Shown: one piece after another, positions 45,280-59,095 of the stretch
Numbering within the stretch: position 1 is the stretch's first letter
How the letters are laid out: every line of letters begins with the position of its first letter
Assembly (NCBI RefSeq): GCF_009914755.1
Contig: NC_060925.1
Reading direction: 5' to 3' (one strand)
DNA length: 64,000 nt
Source of the DNA: the human T2T-CHM13v2.0 reference genome, Homo sapiens
The notes under the pieces: model-generated
The model's input: only the letters and a program-made list of their open reading frames with translations
Database searches by the model: none
Told to the model about the DNA's origin: nothing
Position numbers and translations under genes: made by a program

Positions 45280-45495
45280 TATGGCGTCAGCCAGGCCTGC
45301 ATCCAAACTGTGGCTCGGCTATTTACTTAGTGCGTGGATAAGTTATGTGTCCTCTCTGAACCTGTTTCTTCATCTATGAAATGGGAATAATAATACTGCA
45401 GGCTTCACTGGGTTGCTGAGAGGATTGAGTTAATACATCCAAGTGCTTAAGACAGTGCCGGTGAGTACTCAGTGAATATGAGCTGTTATTATAAC
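45280..45495 (+). mobile_element. MIR
   Basis: cctctctgaacctgtttcttcatctatgaaatgggaataataatac. Confidence 0.8.
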
Positions 45496-46779
45496 TCCCC
45501 TGGGTGTCCAGAACAGCTCTCTGAGCATGGTAGGTGGGGAAGGACATGGTGAGGGCACATAGACTTCCTGGCTGATTCCTTTGGCCCCAGCTTCTATTTA
45601 ATAGGCACATTCGATGAGGTATGGCACTGGACTCGTTGCATCTCTGGTTTCTAATCCTTCCAAAAACTCAGGAATTACTTGTCCTTTTTACAGCAGGGAG
45701 ACTGAGCCCTAGAGAGGCCTGAAGATCAGCTGGGTCTCCAGCAAGGCTCTGCGGAGCAATCAGGTTCCCTTAATCCTGCTGGCGTGATGATGAGGGTGAA
45801 ACAGGCAGGTCAGGCACATGAATGAGGGTGAAGGGGGTGCTGCTGAAGCTGCCTGCTGGGCTCTGCCGGAGAAACCCAAACCAGGCAGTGTCCAAGACCC
45901 TGCAATTTGGTCCTCCAGTCCCTGGTGCATGATTCTAATCTCACCTTCAACAAAGCCACACACTCACCAGCCCTAGATATGGTGGGCACTCTCCGCAGCA
46001 GTCAGCTCATTTTTTAAAAACCATAAACCCTCAGCTTGATTGCAAATGGAAATTCAAATTCATACACACACTGGTGACTGAGTAGTGAAACGCCTTTCCT
46101 TGGCTCAGGGTTGGAGGAGAGTGGTATGCCAAGGGCTTATTGTTGCATTGGTTCTAGAACCTAGGGAACTGTAACCAAAGGGTGATACTTAGTTGTGGGG
46201 AAAGGAACAGGGGACCAGATGTCTTTGTCATCTTATTACCTCTGCAAACCAGCTGGCTTCCTTGACCCCCGATTTAGTCTTATCAGTCCTTGGAAAACTC
46301 TCCAAGAAAAAGAAAACTGTAAAAATCATCTGATCAAACAGCCATACATCAAGCACCAATTCTATGCCAGAACCTGAGCTGGATATGGGGATACCAAGAG
46401 AAATAAAGCACCATCCCTGCCTTCAGTAAGCTCACATTTTAATATATAAGGCAGACAAATAAATGCTTTTTAATACAATTCAGTTTGTACTACAGTAGAA
46501 CATTGAGTACAGTCAGTGCTCTAGCCTACAAGAGGCTGACTAAAAGCAAGCACTCAGACAACATACAAAGCAGGGGAAATTTTTTTAATTTGGCATTTGA
46601 TTTTTTTAAAGCCATGATGTAATTGGCACGGGAAAAATCAGAACTTTGTCAGAATTCCATCTACTTAAACTATCTACTTATAGTTTAATATTGCTTTTTA
46701 AAAATTAGTTAGTAAGGGAGTGGAAGGCATGATAGCTTTTTCAATGCTCAGAGCTCCTCAAGGAAAGTAGCTAGGTTCG

Positions 46780-47600
46780 AGAATAATTGAGGATATGAAA
46801 CTGACAGAATTTGATGACCATATGATAAGGAAGGAGTTGAGGATAATCCAAAGGTTTCTGGGCTCCATAACTGGGAGGCTACAGGAACCACCAGCTCACA
46901 AAGGAAATACGGGAGGCTTAAGAAAGAAGCTAATAAGATTGCTCTGGAAGGGAAATATCTAAGTGAAGATGTCCAAGGATCAGCTGGATATATGGGTTAC
47001 CTAGACCCAGAATTCCCATGGACCAGGAAGCCAATAGATGAATTTCAGGAGAGATGTCTTGGCAGAAGAGATCTGTCTGGAAGCTTCAGAGTGTGGTAGT
47101 GAAAGGGTTGGGCAAGGATGAGCTCACCCAGAGAGTGGTGAAAAGGAATGGGAAAAAGTACAAAGAATTAAATGCTGCAGGACACTATACTTCAGGGAGG
47201 GGAATAAGTGTTAGTATTAGAGACTGAGAAGGAACACGCAAGAGATAGGAGAAAAATCAGTAAAACATAGTGTCCCAGAAGCCCAAGGAAGAGAAATTCA
47301 TCCAAAGTGGCCACAGCCACAGAGAGATAAAAGAAAATAAAGATAAAGTACAATGTATTTGGCAATTGAGGTGGTCATTGGTGCTCTCTTCTAGAGTGTT
47401 CCAGTGTCATCCTGGAGACAGAGGCTGAAGTAAGGAGTGACGGGTAGTAGAGAAAACTGACATGAAGACCCCTTTGAAGAGAAGTGACTAAAAGACAAAA
47501 AGAGATGGGGCAGTGGCTTAGATAGGTCAATAGGGCCAAGAAGGCTTCTTGGCTTGTTTTGTGGTAAAGATGAGCCTGTTCACAGGTCAAAGGGAAATGT
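46780..47600 (-). mobile_element. L2 fragment
   Basis: Antisense L2 body (gtatttggcaattgaggtggtcattggtg). Confidence 0.7.
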
Positions 47601-47618
47601 GTTTTAAGAAGGGAGGGT

Positions 47619-48018
<400 letters not shown>

Positions 48019-48192
48019 CTAAAGGGGTTGAGGGGAGAAGGTATGGGTGGGTGAGGAGACTCCCCTTTTTCAAACCATTTTATTCATTTATCCAGTGATC
48101 ACTGAGCCGAGGAAGGGAGACGGTTCAGTCCTGAGCATCTTTTAAATTCAACAGTGTGAACTGAACACAAAATGAATGTGTTTCCCCTTCTA

Positions 48193-49096
<904 letters not shown>

Positions 49097-49368
49097 CTAT
49101 GACTCTTAGCAGAACCTAAGAAAGTCCCGTCAGCTAGGAATGAGAGAGCCAGAGCTGGCTCGGGGCGCCCTCCCTGACCAAGAACCCCAACATGCCGCGG
49201 TTAAGCGGTGGGCGACACGGTCTGCGAGGACAGACTCACAAGACGCTGAAGGCCAGAGTGGGCCAGAGAGCTCGCCACTCACTGACCTGCCAGAGGAGAG
49301 GCGCACTTTCCCAAGAAGGGGAACTGGGGTGGTCCAGGCCAAGCCTTCAGAGGTTCAATCGGTGGTTT

Positions 49369-49374
49369 CAAAAC

Positions 49375-49405
<31 letters not shown>

Positions 49406-49413
49406 AAGAAAAC
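49369..49413 (+). repeat. (CAAAA)n microsatellite inside the CpG island
   Basis: caaaacaaaacaaaacaaaacaaaaacaaaaac. Confidence 0.9.
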
Positions 49414-50638
49414 ACGGCTCCAGGTCGAAGGTGCCCTAGGTCTAGGCCTGGCCAGCAGGTGTTTCGGTTTCTCCCCCAGTGGGTGTCAGCCTCGCGGGCT
49501 AAATGAAAATGCGGTTCCAGGCATCCCGGTTTGGACCCGTCTCCACCCGGGCACACGGAACTTTCTAGCTTGTAGCTAGAACTGAGCTTCGGAGGGGTGC
49601 TGTGGGTAAAGCGGGAGGGCACCAGTCGCGGCCAGTAGCCTCCACAGGGGACCGGGTTCCCTCGAAGGTTCGCGTACCTCCCCCGCGCGCTGCAAGCTGC
49701 AGCCAGACACCCGCGAAGTTCCGGGACTCTCCGCACCCGCTAGATCTGCCCCTTCCCGGACTCGGTCGTCGGGAGCTGGTCCCGCCGCCCGCGCCGCCGC
49801 TGCCGCTGCCGCAGCCGAGGCGCTCGGCTGCAGCAGGGCGCGGGAAAGGGCACTTTGGCGCGGAGTGAGCACCGAGGGGAATGTGGCAGCGCGAAGCCTG
49901 GCGGCGGCACTCCCTCCCCCGCCTCGGGCTACAACCCCCACCCCCTCCTTCCCATCCCTCAACACCCTCCAGCCCCCACCTGCACCCTCCTGCAAGGAAT
50001 GCGCGGGACCCCCACCGTGGGCACGCGTCCACCTGAACCCCCTCCTAGCTCCGAGCGCCGAGGGAGGGGTAGCATTTGAGGAGGGGGATGGCGGCCGCAG
50101 TCTGCAGTCGGTTCCAGAGGGGGCACCGGTTTCAATTGGAGAAAATGGGTGGGGGCAGGGAAGGGCAGACCTTGCAGACGCAGAAATGGGGAGGGGGCGC
50201 ACGGTTCCTCTCCAGCCCCCAGGACCAGCGTGCCTGGCAGAATCAGGAGCCGGGGGAGTAGGGCTCCCGGAAAGTTTATCGGGAAAAAGCCTAGCACCGT
50301 GGGGGCTGGGAGGCTGGAGAAACTGAAGCCACAGACCAGGTGCCCCGCAACCCCGGGCGGGGATGTCTGTCTCCCAGGCCCCCACACCGGCCGCATCCGT
50401 CCAAGTTGCGGCTGGGGTTGGGGCAGCAGTGAGGGTGAGGGTGGAGGTGAGGACGTGGCTGAGGGTGGGGTGGGAGACGGAGGCAGGGATGAGAATGAGA
50501 GTAGGCAACTGGGAGGGTGGGAGATTCAGGCAGGGATAGAGGCGGGGGGAGGGACTGGGACCGGGTCGAGGATGGGTGGGCTCGGGGCTCGGGTGGGGCG
50601 CGCGGCGGCCGCTGGCTCCTCGGCGCGGCTGGACTCAC

Positions 50639-50825
50639 CCGCGGCGGCCGAGACGCTGAGCAACCCACAGCCCAGCAACAGCAGCAGAGGCGGCGGCGTT
50701 GGCGGCGGCGGGCGGCCCCAGCGGCTCCCGGCGCCCGGCACAAGCGCCGAAATCCCGGTTTCGCCGCGAGCCCTCCCCGCGGGGCAGCCGCAGCGCCCCA
50801 GCTCCCGTCCCCGCGAGCGCGGCAT
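50639..50825 (-). CDS. CSMD2: CSMD2 first coding exon (long, signal-peptide-bearing N-terminus), 187 nt, phase-1 donor
   Basis: Minus-strand gccATGc at 50825 translates MPRSRGRELGRCGCPAGRARGETGISALVPGAGSRWGRPPPPTPPPLLLLLGCGLLSVSAAAG, recognised as the CSMD2 N-terminus. It ends at a canonical donor CGG|gtgagt (actcac at 50633-50638) and lies in a CpG island. Confidence 0.95.
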
Positions 50826-51295
50826 GGCGCGGCCGGCAGCGCCGAGGGAGAGGCTCCGCTCGCCGCCGAGGAGAAAGGAGGTCAGGAGAGCTCTGGAGCT
50901 TTTTTCTGCTCGGAAAAAATCCCGGTACGCGGGAGCCCTGAGCTTCTGCGGCTGGAATGAACCAAGTGTCCGCCCGGCCGGGGAGAGGCGCGCTGCGCTC
51001 TCGGAAATGACTCGCTCCAATCCCGCTTCGCGGGGTTCGCGCCGGGGGGCGGGAGGGGGTGAATTATCCCCGGATTAATCACTCCGGAGCCGCTTCTCCG
51101 CCGCTCCAAATGCTGGGGGTGGAGGCGCAGCTAAGGATAAAATATTGGGGGGCGGGGGTTCCTCTTCAGCGCCACCTCCACCTCCAGATAAACCACAAAT
51201 TACATCTAAAGGGTTGTTTATCCGTGTCTGTTTTGCAATTGACCAGTTTCTTTTAAGTTCAGTCCTCCTGTTTTCATTTATAACATCACCCATTA

Positions 51296-51541
<246 letters not shown>

Positions 51542-52609
51542 TCACAATAGCCTCCTACCCCATCCCAGGAGAGGGGCGTGTGTGCGTAGACAGAGGCAGG
51601 GTTAAGAATTGGAGGGCGGTGGAGGGGGGTTGTGTGTGGGGTGGGGAGGGGGGGGAACCGGTTCATTTGACCCAGTGCGGTCCCACTCCTACCCTAAGAC
51701 AAAAATCTCAGGGTGGCAGAGGCGGTCCCTGTGTGCACGCGAGTTGGGGGTGGGGAGTGAGGTTGGTGGAAGGACGGTGCAAGAGTTACTAGTACAATTT
51801 ATCCCCAAATTTAAATAATCGGATCCTACTTCTTCCTCTCCCCTTCCTCCTCCCAGCCAAGGCCCCAAACCAAGAGAGTTCTTCCCAAGGACGTGAGCTG
51901 CTCCCCACCTCTCCCCAGTAGCGGCTGCCTCTAGGCCCCAAGGGCTTAGTGTCGGTCCCCACCCCATCCCCCACCCGACTCGGTCGCCGTCTCTGTCTCG
52001 TCTACTCCAGGCTTCTCCGCCAGTCACGATGGCTCCTTCGCTGTCTACGCCAAACTCTCGGCGAGAGGGAAGAGACGCTTCATGGGGGGAGGCTGGAGGA
52101 AACTGGGAGGGGCAAGGTCCAGAGAGGAGGCTCCTGCTGGCGCGTGCAGTGGAAAGGCACCTGCGATGGGCACCCCCGCCCCCTTTGCCGACACACCCCA
52201 GAGAAGCTGTGCTCCGGGCTTAGGGCAGCCTGATTTGGCCAAAACGGAGCGTTGGCATCTGTGTGGCCAAGGGGGCAGTGGCCGGCGGGCGGTGGGGCCT
52301 GAGAATTTCCGGGGAAGGGTGTGGAGAGGGACTGTAGGGATGGCGAGCCAGGCTGGGGGTGGCTGGCGACCCAGGTTGGCCGGCTGTCAGCGTGGCCAGG
52401 AATTTCCATCCAAGGAAGGGTGTGAAGAGGGGCTGTGGAGTTGACGATATGAATTGGGGGGCGGGGGCAGGGCTGGAGGAGTGGAGGCTTGTCCCTACTC
52501 CCCATGAAAAACTTCCTCCCCAGAGCCACGCTTTCGCAGCCTCCTAGATGCCACTCTTCCTCCCTCCCCCCACCCCAAGTTGTTCCGGTTTCCCTGCATG
52601 AGCTCATCC

Positions 52610-52899
52610 CACAGCTGGGGAGCCAGCCCGGTGGCCCTGGGCGGGCGAATCTCCTCAGAATCGCGGGCCTGGTCCCCACCCCCAACACGCTTGTATGCCC
52701 GCCCCTCCCGACGCCGCCTTGCTGGGTGCCAAGAACCAACCGAAGCAGCCAGAACTCCTCAGTGAAAGGCCTGCTTTATGTTCCCGGGGCAGTGAGGAGG
52801 GGGCTTCTCCCTTCCCATTGTCCAGACTCAGCCCCCGAAAGAGAGGGCTCAGCCTTCCCACCAGCCCTGGAGAGGAGGAAGGGACTGACTACGCCAGCA
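52610..52899 (+). other. C1orf94: Probable non-coding alternative first exon of C1orf94, divergent from CSMD2 (5' end approximate)
   Basis: Donor GCA|gtgagt at 52900 at the distal edge of the CpG island, plus recall that a C1orf94 variant starts about 1 kb from the CSMD2 start. Confidence 0.5.
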
Positions 52900-53868
52900 G
52901 TGAGTGGTGGTGGTGGCCTTGGGGGCTGTTAGCTGGGCTTGCCTGGGGGTGGGCTCCTGGCTTCTAAGCTCCGACTTTACCCCTCTCTTGGAGGCGGGGT
53001 TCTCCTCCAGAGAAAGGAACTGGCAGAGATGCCCAGGCCTCCTGTGCAGCCCACAGCTGGGCAGAAGAGAGTCTGGGCTGCTCTGTAATTCTGGGGCTGC
53101 AGGCCAATGGGCTTTCTCTTACCCTCTTCTCAGCTCCAGAACTTTGCTCTGTGGCTGCAACGGGCAGATGAGATTTACCCCCAGAACTTTCCCGGGCAAA
53201 AGGAGCGTTTGTCATCCTTCTCCCTGGGGGCTGTGGAGGGCAGGGCACCTATTTTATCCCTGCAAAAGGCCCAGTTACTCACATCCTCCGCCATTCCTGC
53301 TCTCTGATCTATTTGGGTCCACGTGCTTTCACTGAGCGCCTCCTGTGCTCGGGGGCCCTGCAGAGATGCACAGTGTGTGGTCCTGCTTTGGGAGGATGCA
53401 GGCCAGAGGTGGAAACCCACACGTAACTGATACCGTCAGACAGCGATAATCACCATGACTGAAGAACCGGCATGCTACCGAGAGGCATGTCAAGACAGTG
53501 AGCTTTTCCTGGACTTGGGGGATCAGAAGGCTAATTTAAGAAGGAAAGTAGGATTTGGTCTGGAACCTGAGACATGGATAAAGACCTTGAAAAGATGAAG
53601 ATTCATTTACTCAACAAATATTTATTGAGCATCATTATGTGCCTGGGTGCTGTGCTAGACAATGAATATACACCTAGTGCACAGTCCCTGACTTGATGAA
53701 GGCAGAAAATATGTATACAAATACACATAAAGTTACTAATTAAGGATGCTACAAAAGGAAAGTTTATGGTGCTAGGAGAAACAATATGGGGATGTGCTTT
53801 AAGGAGATGGTCTGAGAAGGCCTCTCTGAGATGGCAACGGTGGAAGATGGGATCTAAAATTAAGCAAG

Positions 53869-54018
53869 ATGCTCAGGAGGCTAAAGCCAGAGGATCATTT
53901 GAGCCCAGCTGTTCAAGGCTGCAGTGAGCCATGATCACACCACTGCACTCCAGCCTGGGTGACAGAGCCAGACTATCTGTCTATGAATTAATTAATTAAT
54001 TAATTAATATAATAATAG
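53869..54018 (+). mobile_element. 5'-truncated Alu right-arm fragment (J-type) with a (TTAA)n tail, inside an antisense L2 (~53600-54225)
   Basis: TSD aattaagcaag at 53858 and 54019. Confidence 0.85.
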
Positions 54019-54230
54019 AATTAAGCAAGGCAGCCATGCAAAGTTGGGGAAAGAGCTTTTGGTATAGTGAGCACAGGCAAGGCTGTAAAAAGGAAAGGGG
54101 GCCAGGAGGAGGAGGATGGGGCTGGATCCAGGTAAGCAATGGGAGATAGGGAGTGGGGCAGATCACATAGGGTCTATTAGGGGATGGCGAGGAGTTTGCA
54201 TTTTATTCTTAGCCAGTGAGAAATAGAAGG

Positions 54231-54624
54231 TGTATTAATTTGCTAGGACTGCTGCCACAACAAAGTACCATAGACCCTGTGGCTTAAAAAACAGAAATGT
54301 ATTGCCTCACAATTCTGGAGGCTGGAAGTCCAAGATCAAGAGGTCGACACAGTTGGTTCCCTCTGAGGCTTCTCTCTCTGGCTTGTAGATGGCTGCCTTC
54401 TTCTCCCTGTGTCCTCACATGTGTTCCCATGGTACATATCTGTGTCCAAACTTCTAATCAGGACACCAGTCATACTGGATTAAGGCCCAACCCAATGACC
54501 TCATTTTGACTTAACTGACTTTTTAAAGACTCTACCTCCAAATAAGGTCACATCCTGAAGTACTAGGGGTTCGGACTTCAACCTATGAATTTGGGTGGGG
54601 GGGCACACAATTCATTCTATAACA
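54231..54624 (-). mobile_element. MLT1 (MaLR) solo LTR
   Basis: tgtattaatttgctagg...ctcacaattctggaggctggaagtccaagatcaag...gacttcaacctatgaatttg...ataaca. Confidence 0.9.
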
Positions 54625-55297
54625 GGAGGAGATGACTTTTCAGATGGAGGGAGGAGAGAGATGCTTGACAGTCAGAAAATATATGTAAAGAGATATCTGT
54701 TTACATTTATTTTCTGTGTATAGCATGGCTCCTTTAGTGAAAAGTAGACAGCTCTGAATATGAAAGGTAGGTTTTCATTTCTGGGAAAGAGACGCCAAGT
54801 GATGTGGCCTGACATATACTCTAACTTCTCTGTGAGGAAAGGGTAAGAAAGGAAAGGGTACCACTTAGAAGACTACTGCAATAGTCTGAGCCAGGAAACA
54901 TGGGGGCAAAGGCAGAGATGGGGACCCTGGAAACATCTGCAGGGCAATGGAGAGGCAGGAGTCAAAGACATAACAGCCTACCCGCATCTAGCCTAGGAGA
55001 GTGTGGGTCTCAGCCCAGCCCCAAGTGCTGGCTCCCTGCCTGCCCCTCTCATTCTCCCTGTGAGCAACAGGCAGTCGTGGGTTGAGGTGTCTTTACAATA
55101 TCACATTGCAAAAAAGCCCAATGCAGTCTAGTGACTAGCCAAGATAAGCCTAATATCCAGATAAAATCAGAGTTTGATTTAGAAAGAATACAAGGCCTGA
55201 TGCTCTGGAGAACTCTGCCTCATTCAAGGAGGAGCTGTAGACTTGATGCCCTGAAATTTTCATTCTGACCCAGGAAAAGATCAAAAAGCCTTCTGAA

Positions 55298-55299
<2 letters not shown>

Positions 55300-55341
<42 letters not shown>
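55300..55341 (+). repeat. (GA)~21 microsatellite
   Basis: Pure GA run. Confidence 0.97.
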
Positions 55342-55342
<1 letters not shown>

Positions 55343-56479
55343 AAATGGGAGATTCTAGCAATGCGAGGGCAGAAATAGAGGCCAAGGGGCAGGCAGGGCT
55401 GCAGAGAAGGGCTACAGGACAAAGATGGGCTCAGAGGAAAAGCTTAGGATCCCAAATGGGGCACAATTTTAAAATCATGAGCATGATCAGGCCAAAGCGA
55501 GTATCTCCCAAGGGCGAGGCTATCACCATAGAGGTGGCAGTGATCTGCTGCCCAAGGAGTGGCGACAGAGGGGCTTCATGAGGAAAAAGCCCAGACCACA
55601 CCAAGGTGAGGCTGTGGGCTTCTGAAACCAGGAGGGAGAAGTGAGAAGGGGCCCACAGCCTAGGCCATTCCTCTAGTGCTACCACATGCTGTGGTCACCA
55701 AATTCTGACATTCTTGGTGAAAATTCTTCATTTGTGTATAAGGAAAAAGAGTTCATGCCAGTGACAAAACAGGGTGTTAAGCCATTGAAATATTGGAGTT
55801 TGTTACAGCAGCTAGCAATACTTTTATGCAGGCTTGCTCATTTTTTGCATAGTATCTTGTGTAGTCATTCACTTACTCTTCACTTACTCTTTCATTCATT
55901 TGTTCATGCCACACTGAGCTGCATGTCAGAGTCTGTGCTAGGTGTTGAGGAAACAAATATAAAGAAGAATAAGACATTCCCATGGCCCCTGTCCTCAGGG
56001 GGTTGAGAGTTTATTGAGAACAGCGTTAAACAGCAAAGCATGATTGATTACTCCAGAAGAGATATAGCATGTGATGGAAATAAGAAGGGCTCCTAGCTCA
56101 GCCTATGGGAAAGGGCAGGTGAGAACCAGCACTTTCTAGGAAGAAAGCACAGAGTGGGCCAGCTCAGGGAGGGAGGACACAGTGTGTAAATCTGCAGCAC
56201 TCACAGGGTACCAAGGAAGGGTGTGGGGTGGAAATAGACCTCTCTTCTGACTCAACAGTCTCTCCATAATTGCTGGCTTTCTTATTTGTCCCTGCTGGTG
56301 GATGGGCAACTCTAGGATGGAAACCTCTTTTCTCCCAAGTCCCAGGGTCTGTATTGTATCTGGCATTCTCTCTCCTCAGATGTCTCATAGGAGCCCCACC
56401 CCACCCCTTCCACCACAGCCTGCTCAGACCTGGGCTTATCCACTTCTAGTTCTCCACCCCAGCCTGCCTCTCTGCTCAG

Positions 56480-57220
56480 CTCCCCAATTCAGGGAACAGT
56501 TTCCACATCCACCCAGATCCTGAGCCAGAAACCTATTTATCCTGGACTCCCATCTTGCCCAGTCCCCACATCAAGCCATCACTGAGCCCTCCAGATTCTG
56601 CCTCCTAGACACCTCCCAGATTCTAACCAGAGTCCACAATGGCTATGTTTCAGGTTACTTACAACAACTGAGTAACAAGTGCCCATCTCTGCTCTTGCCC
56701 TATTCAATGCATCTTCCTCTCTGCCACCAGCTATCTTTTTAAAACACTCACCTGATTTCACAGCTCCTCTGTCTTCCCCGGACTTTCCCCTATGGCCTAC
56801 AGAGTAAAATCCAAGCTCCCTGCTAGACCCTCCCTACAAGAGCCCCCATCATCTGTCCCTGCCAGCCCCTCTAGCCTCAGATCTCCCTATTCCCAAATCC
56901 CTCAGCTCTAAGCCATTCTGACACCCTTGCACTCTTGCAATGAGCCATGCTTTCTCTCCCCTTTCCCCTGGATCCTTCTGTGTTTTGTTCTCTCTGCCTA
57001 GAAAGCTTCCCTTCTCCTTCTGTGACTAGCCTTCTCCTATTTGCCCTTCAAAATTCAGTCCAGGTGACAGTTCTTACAAGCAGTATTTGTCAGTGCCATT
57101 CAGAGTGCCTGGTACATGGTGAACATTCAGGGAATTTTTGCTGGATGAATGGATAAACAGATGGATGGATGGATGGATGAATGGATGGTTAAGTAGGTGC
57201 TCAGTAATGTTTGTGGAATG
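56480..57220 (+). mobile_element. L2 3' portion with (GGAT)n near 57160-57188
   Basis: cctggactcccatctt...cagagtaaaatccaagctcc...gtgcctggtacatgg. Confidence 0.75.
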
Positions 57221-58044
57221 GACCCAAAGGTATCTCTTCTAGACTTCATTATTTGAGTTCCTTAAAGAAATGCCTCCACTGAGTTATGATTTAATGTTAT
57301 GCTGTCTTCAGAGAACCCTGATGCGAGAAACTGACGAACCTAACAGCATCTCTGTCTTTTATGAAAACAGAATTGCATATATTGCCCACTATGTCACTCA
57401 GTGTCCTTTATACAAGGACTCATGATAAATTCATGCTTGGGGTTATTTCCTGGAAACATTTTGTCTCTGCAGATGAAGATGTGTATTTTCTGCTGTCAGA
57501 AAACAAAAACTCTGCCACCCGACGTGTTTCCATTTTTGCTTTAGCTGACAAATAAGGATACCCAGTTTTATTGCCTTATTACCTCCATGAGGCCTGACCA
57601 GTTCGGGTGCTGGAAAGTAGCAACTGTTTCTGTTTTCCTTAGAGTCAGTTCTTCCTTTATTCTTTGATGCTGTAGTTTGTACTTTTTAATCTGAAAGCTG
57701 CCTCAAATCATCTCAGCAGTAAGGTAGAAGAAGTCTTAAGTGAATGCATTTTAGTGACCAATGTCCCGGCATGGAAGCTATGGAAGGAAGGGCAAAATAT
57801 AAAGCTTCTAGCTGAAGGGTTTCCCATAAAGGGCCTCGCCAGGAATCCTTGGCATACCTATCACTACTGGGGTCTGGCAGAAAAACCAAAGCAGGAGGAA
57901 AGCCAGCTGAATTCTGACTTTGTTGCTACCTCACTGGACCACTACTGCCACCACCATATTCTTTTATTCTGTCATCTAGGACCTTCCTTTTCCCTAACTT
58001 TAAGTGGAGATCTCATAGGCTGCCATTTTTACATTGCTAGGCTC

Positions 58045-58275
58045 TCAATAACAATAGCTAGTGATAATCATAATTACACATTTCTTTTTATTGAGAGTTT
58101 ACCATAAGCCAGGCACTGTGTTGAGAAGTTCACGTGCATTTCCATATTTAAACCTTCTTCCTACCCCAAACCTATTGTTTTTACAACTTTGCAGATGAAG
58201 AAATGTCAGAGAAGTTAAGTATATACAAAGCCACCTTTATCAAGTAGTAGAGTAGGAATTCCAATTCAAGTGTGT
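58045..58275 (-). mobile_element. MIR
   Basis: ttttattgagagtttaccataagccaggcactgtg...gcagatgaagaaatgtcagagaagttaag. Confidence 0.7.
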
Positions 58276-58654
58276 CAGCTGCCACCACCCGAGCTCTTAA
58301 CTGCCTCCTCTCATGTGGGCAAGGAACAAGGCAATAGTAAGGGAAAAACCCCCAAGAAATGGCAGAGATCACCGATGGTGTTGCCAGGAGAGAGAAGCCA
58401 CAGAGTCACAGCTTTGCTTGCAGAATATTCAAGGTTCCTTTTCAAAGTCCTAGAAATGGCTGGCTGCTCTGCAGCCCTGTCCTGTTGCTGAGACAACATG
58501 AGGGGGAGGCCCATTCCCATGAAACATGGCTGCAACCTCCTCTTCCTTTAGCTGTGATGGTTAATTCCCCAAGATATTTGCCTGGGATACTCCTATGCAT
58601 GGATCCTGCCTCTGGGCAGTTTGACCCATTGAGCATTATTCGCATGGGAATGGG

Positions 58655-59095
58655 GGTCCCTCTGGGTTTTAGGGACCTACAAAAGCGTTTGAGTCCTAAA
58701 TATTTTATGATTAGTCCCACAATACAAAGAAGAAAACTGCCACATGGAAATCAGTAAATATTTAATTAAATGCAGAGTATAACATTATGTCAACTTCATT
58801 AACTGTTGGATTTAGTAGTCATAAAAATTTCATTGCATTTGGTAACAATTTGTAGGTTGGAGTTTTCTCACTGCACAAGATTTCTCGAGTAGGCACTAAG
58901 ATTGGTGAGAAATCACAGCCCATCACAAATTAAATAAATTACTCATGGCCAAAAACTTTCAAAAGCAAAATGGCAAAAATCCTTTCAATTTTCCTCTATA
59001 GCCAAAAAGTTATTTTTATGGTGAGAGGTGGGTGTGTTTAAAATATGTTAGATGAGGAACCTAAAAGGACCTACAAGAGTAAGCAGCCTTAGGGG
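58655..59095. mobile_element. Possible old hAT-Tip100-like DNA transposon fragment
   Basis: AT-rich sequence resembling old hAT MITEs, with ggacctacaa near both ends; family not certain. Confidence 0.35.

Noticed and set aside
49576-51078. 310-aa (minus) and 309-aa (plus) ORFs in the CpG island
   Set aside because: Stop-codon depletion in very GC-rich DNA; Gly/Ala/Pro/Arg low complexity. The real coding segment is the 187-nt CSMD2 exon in another frame.
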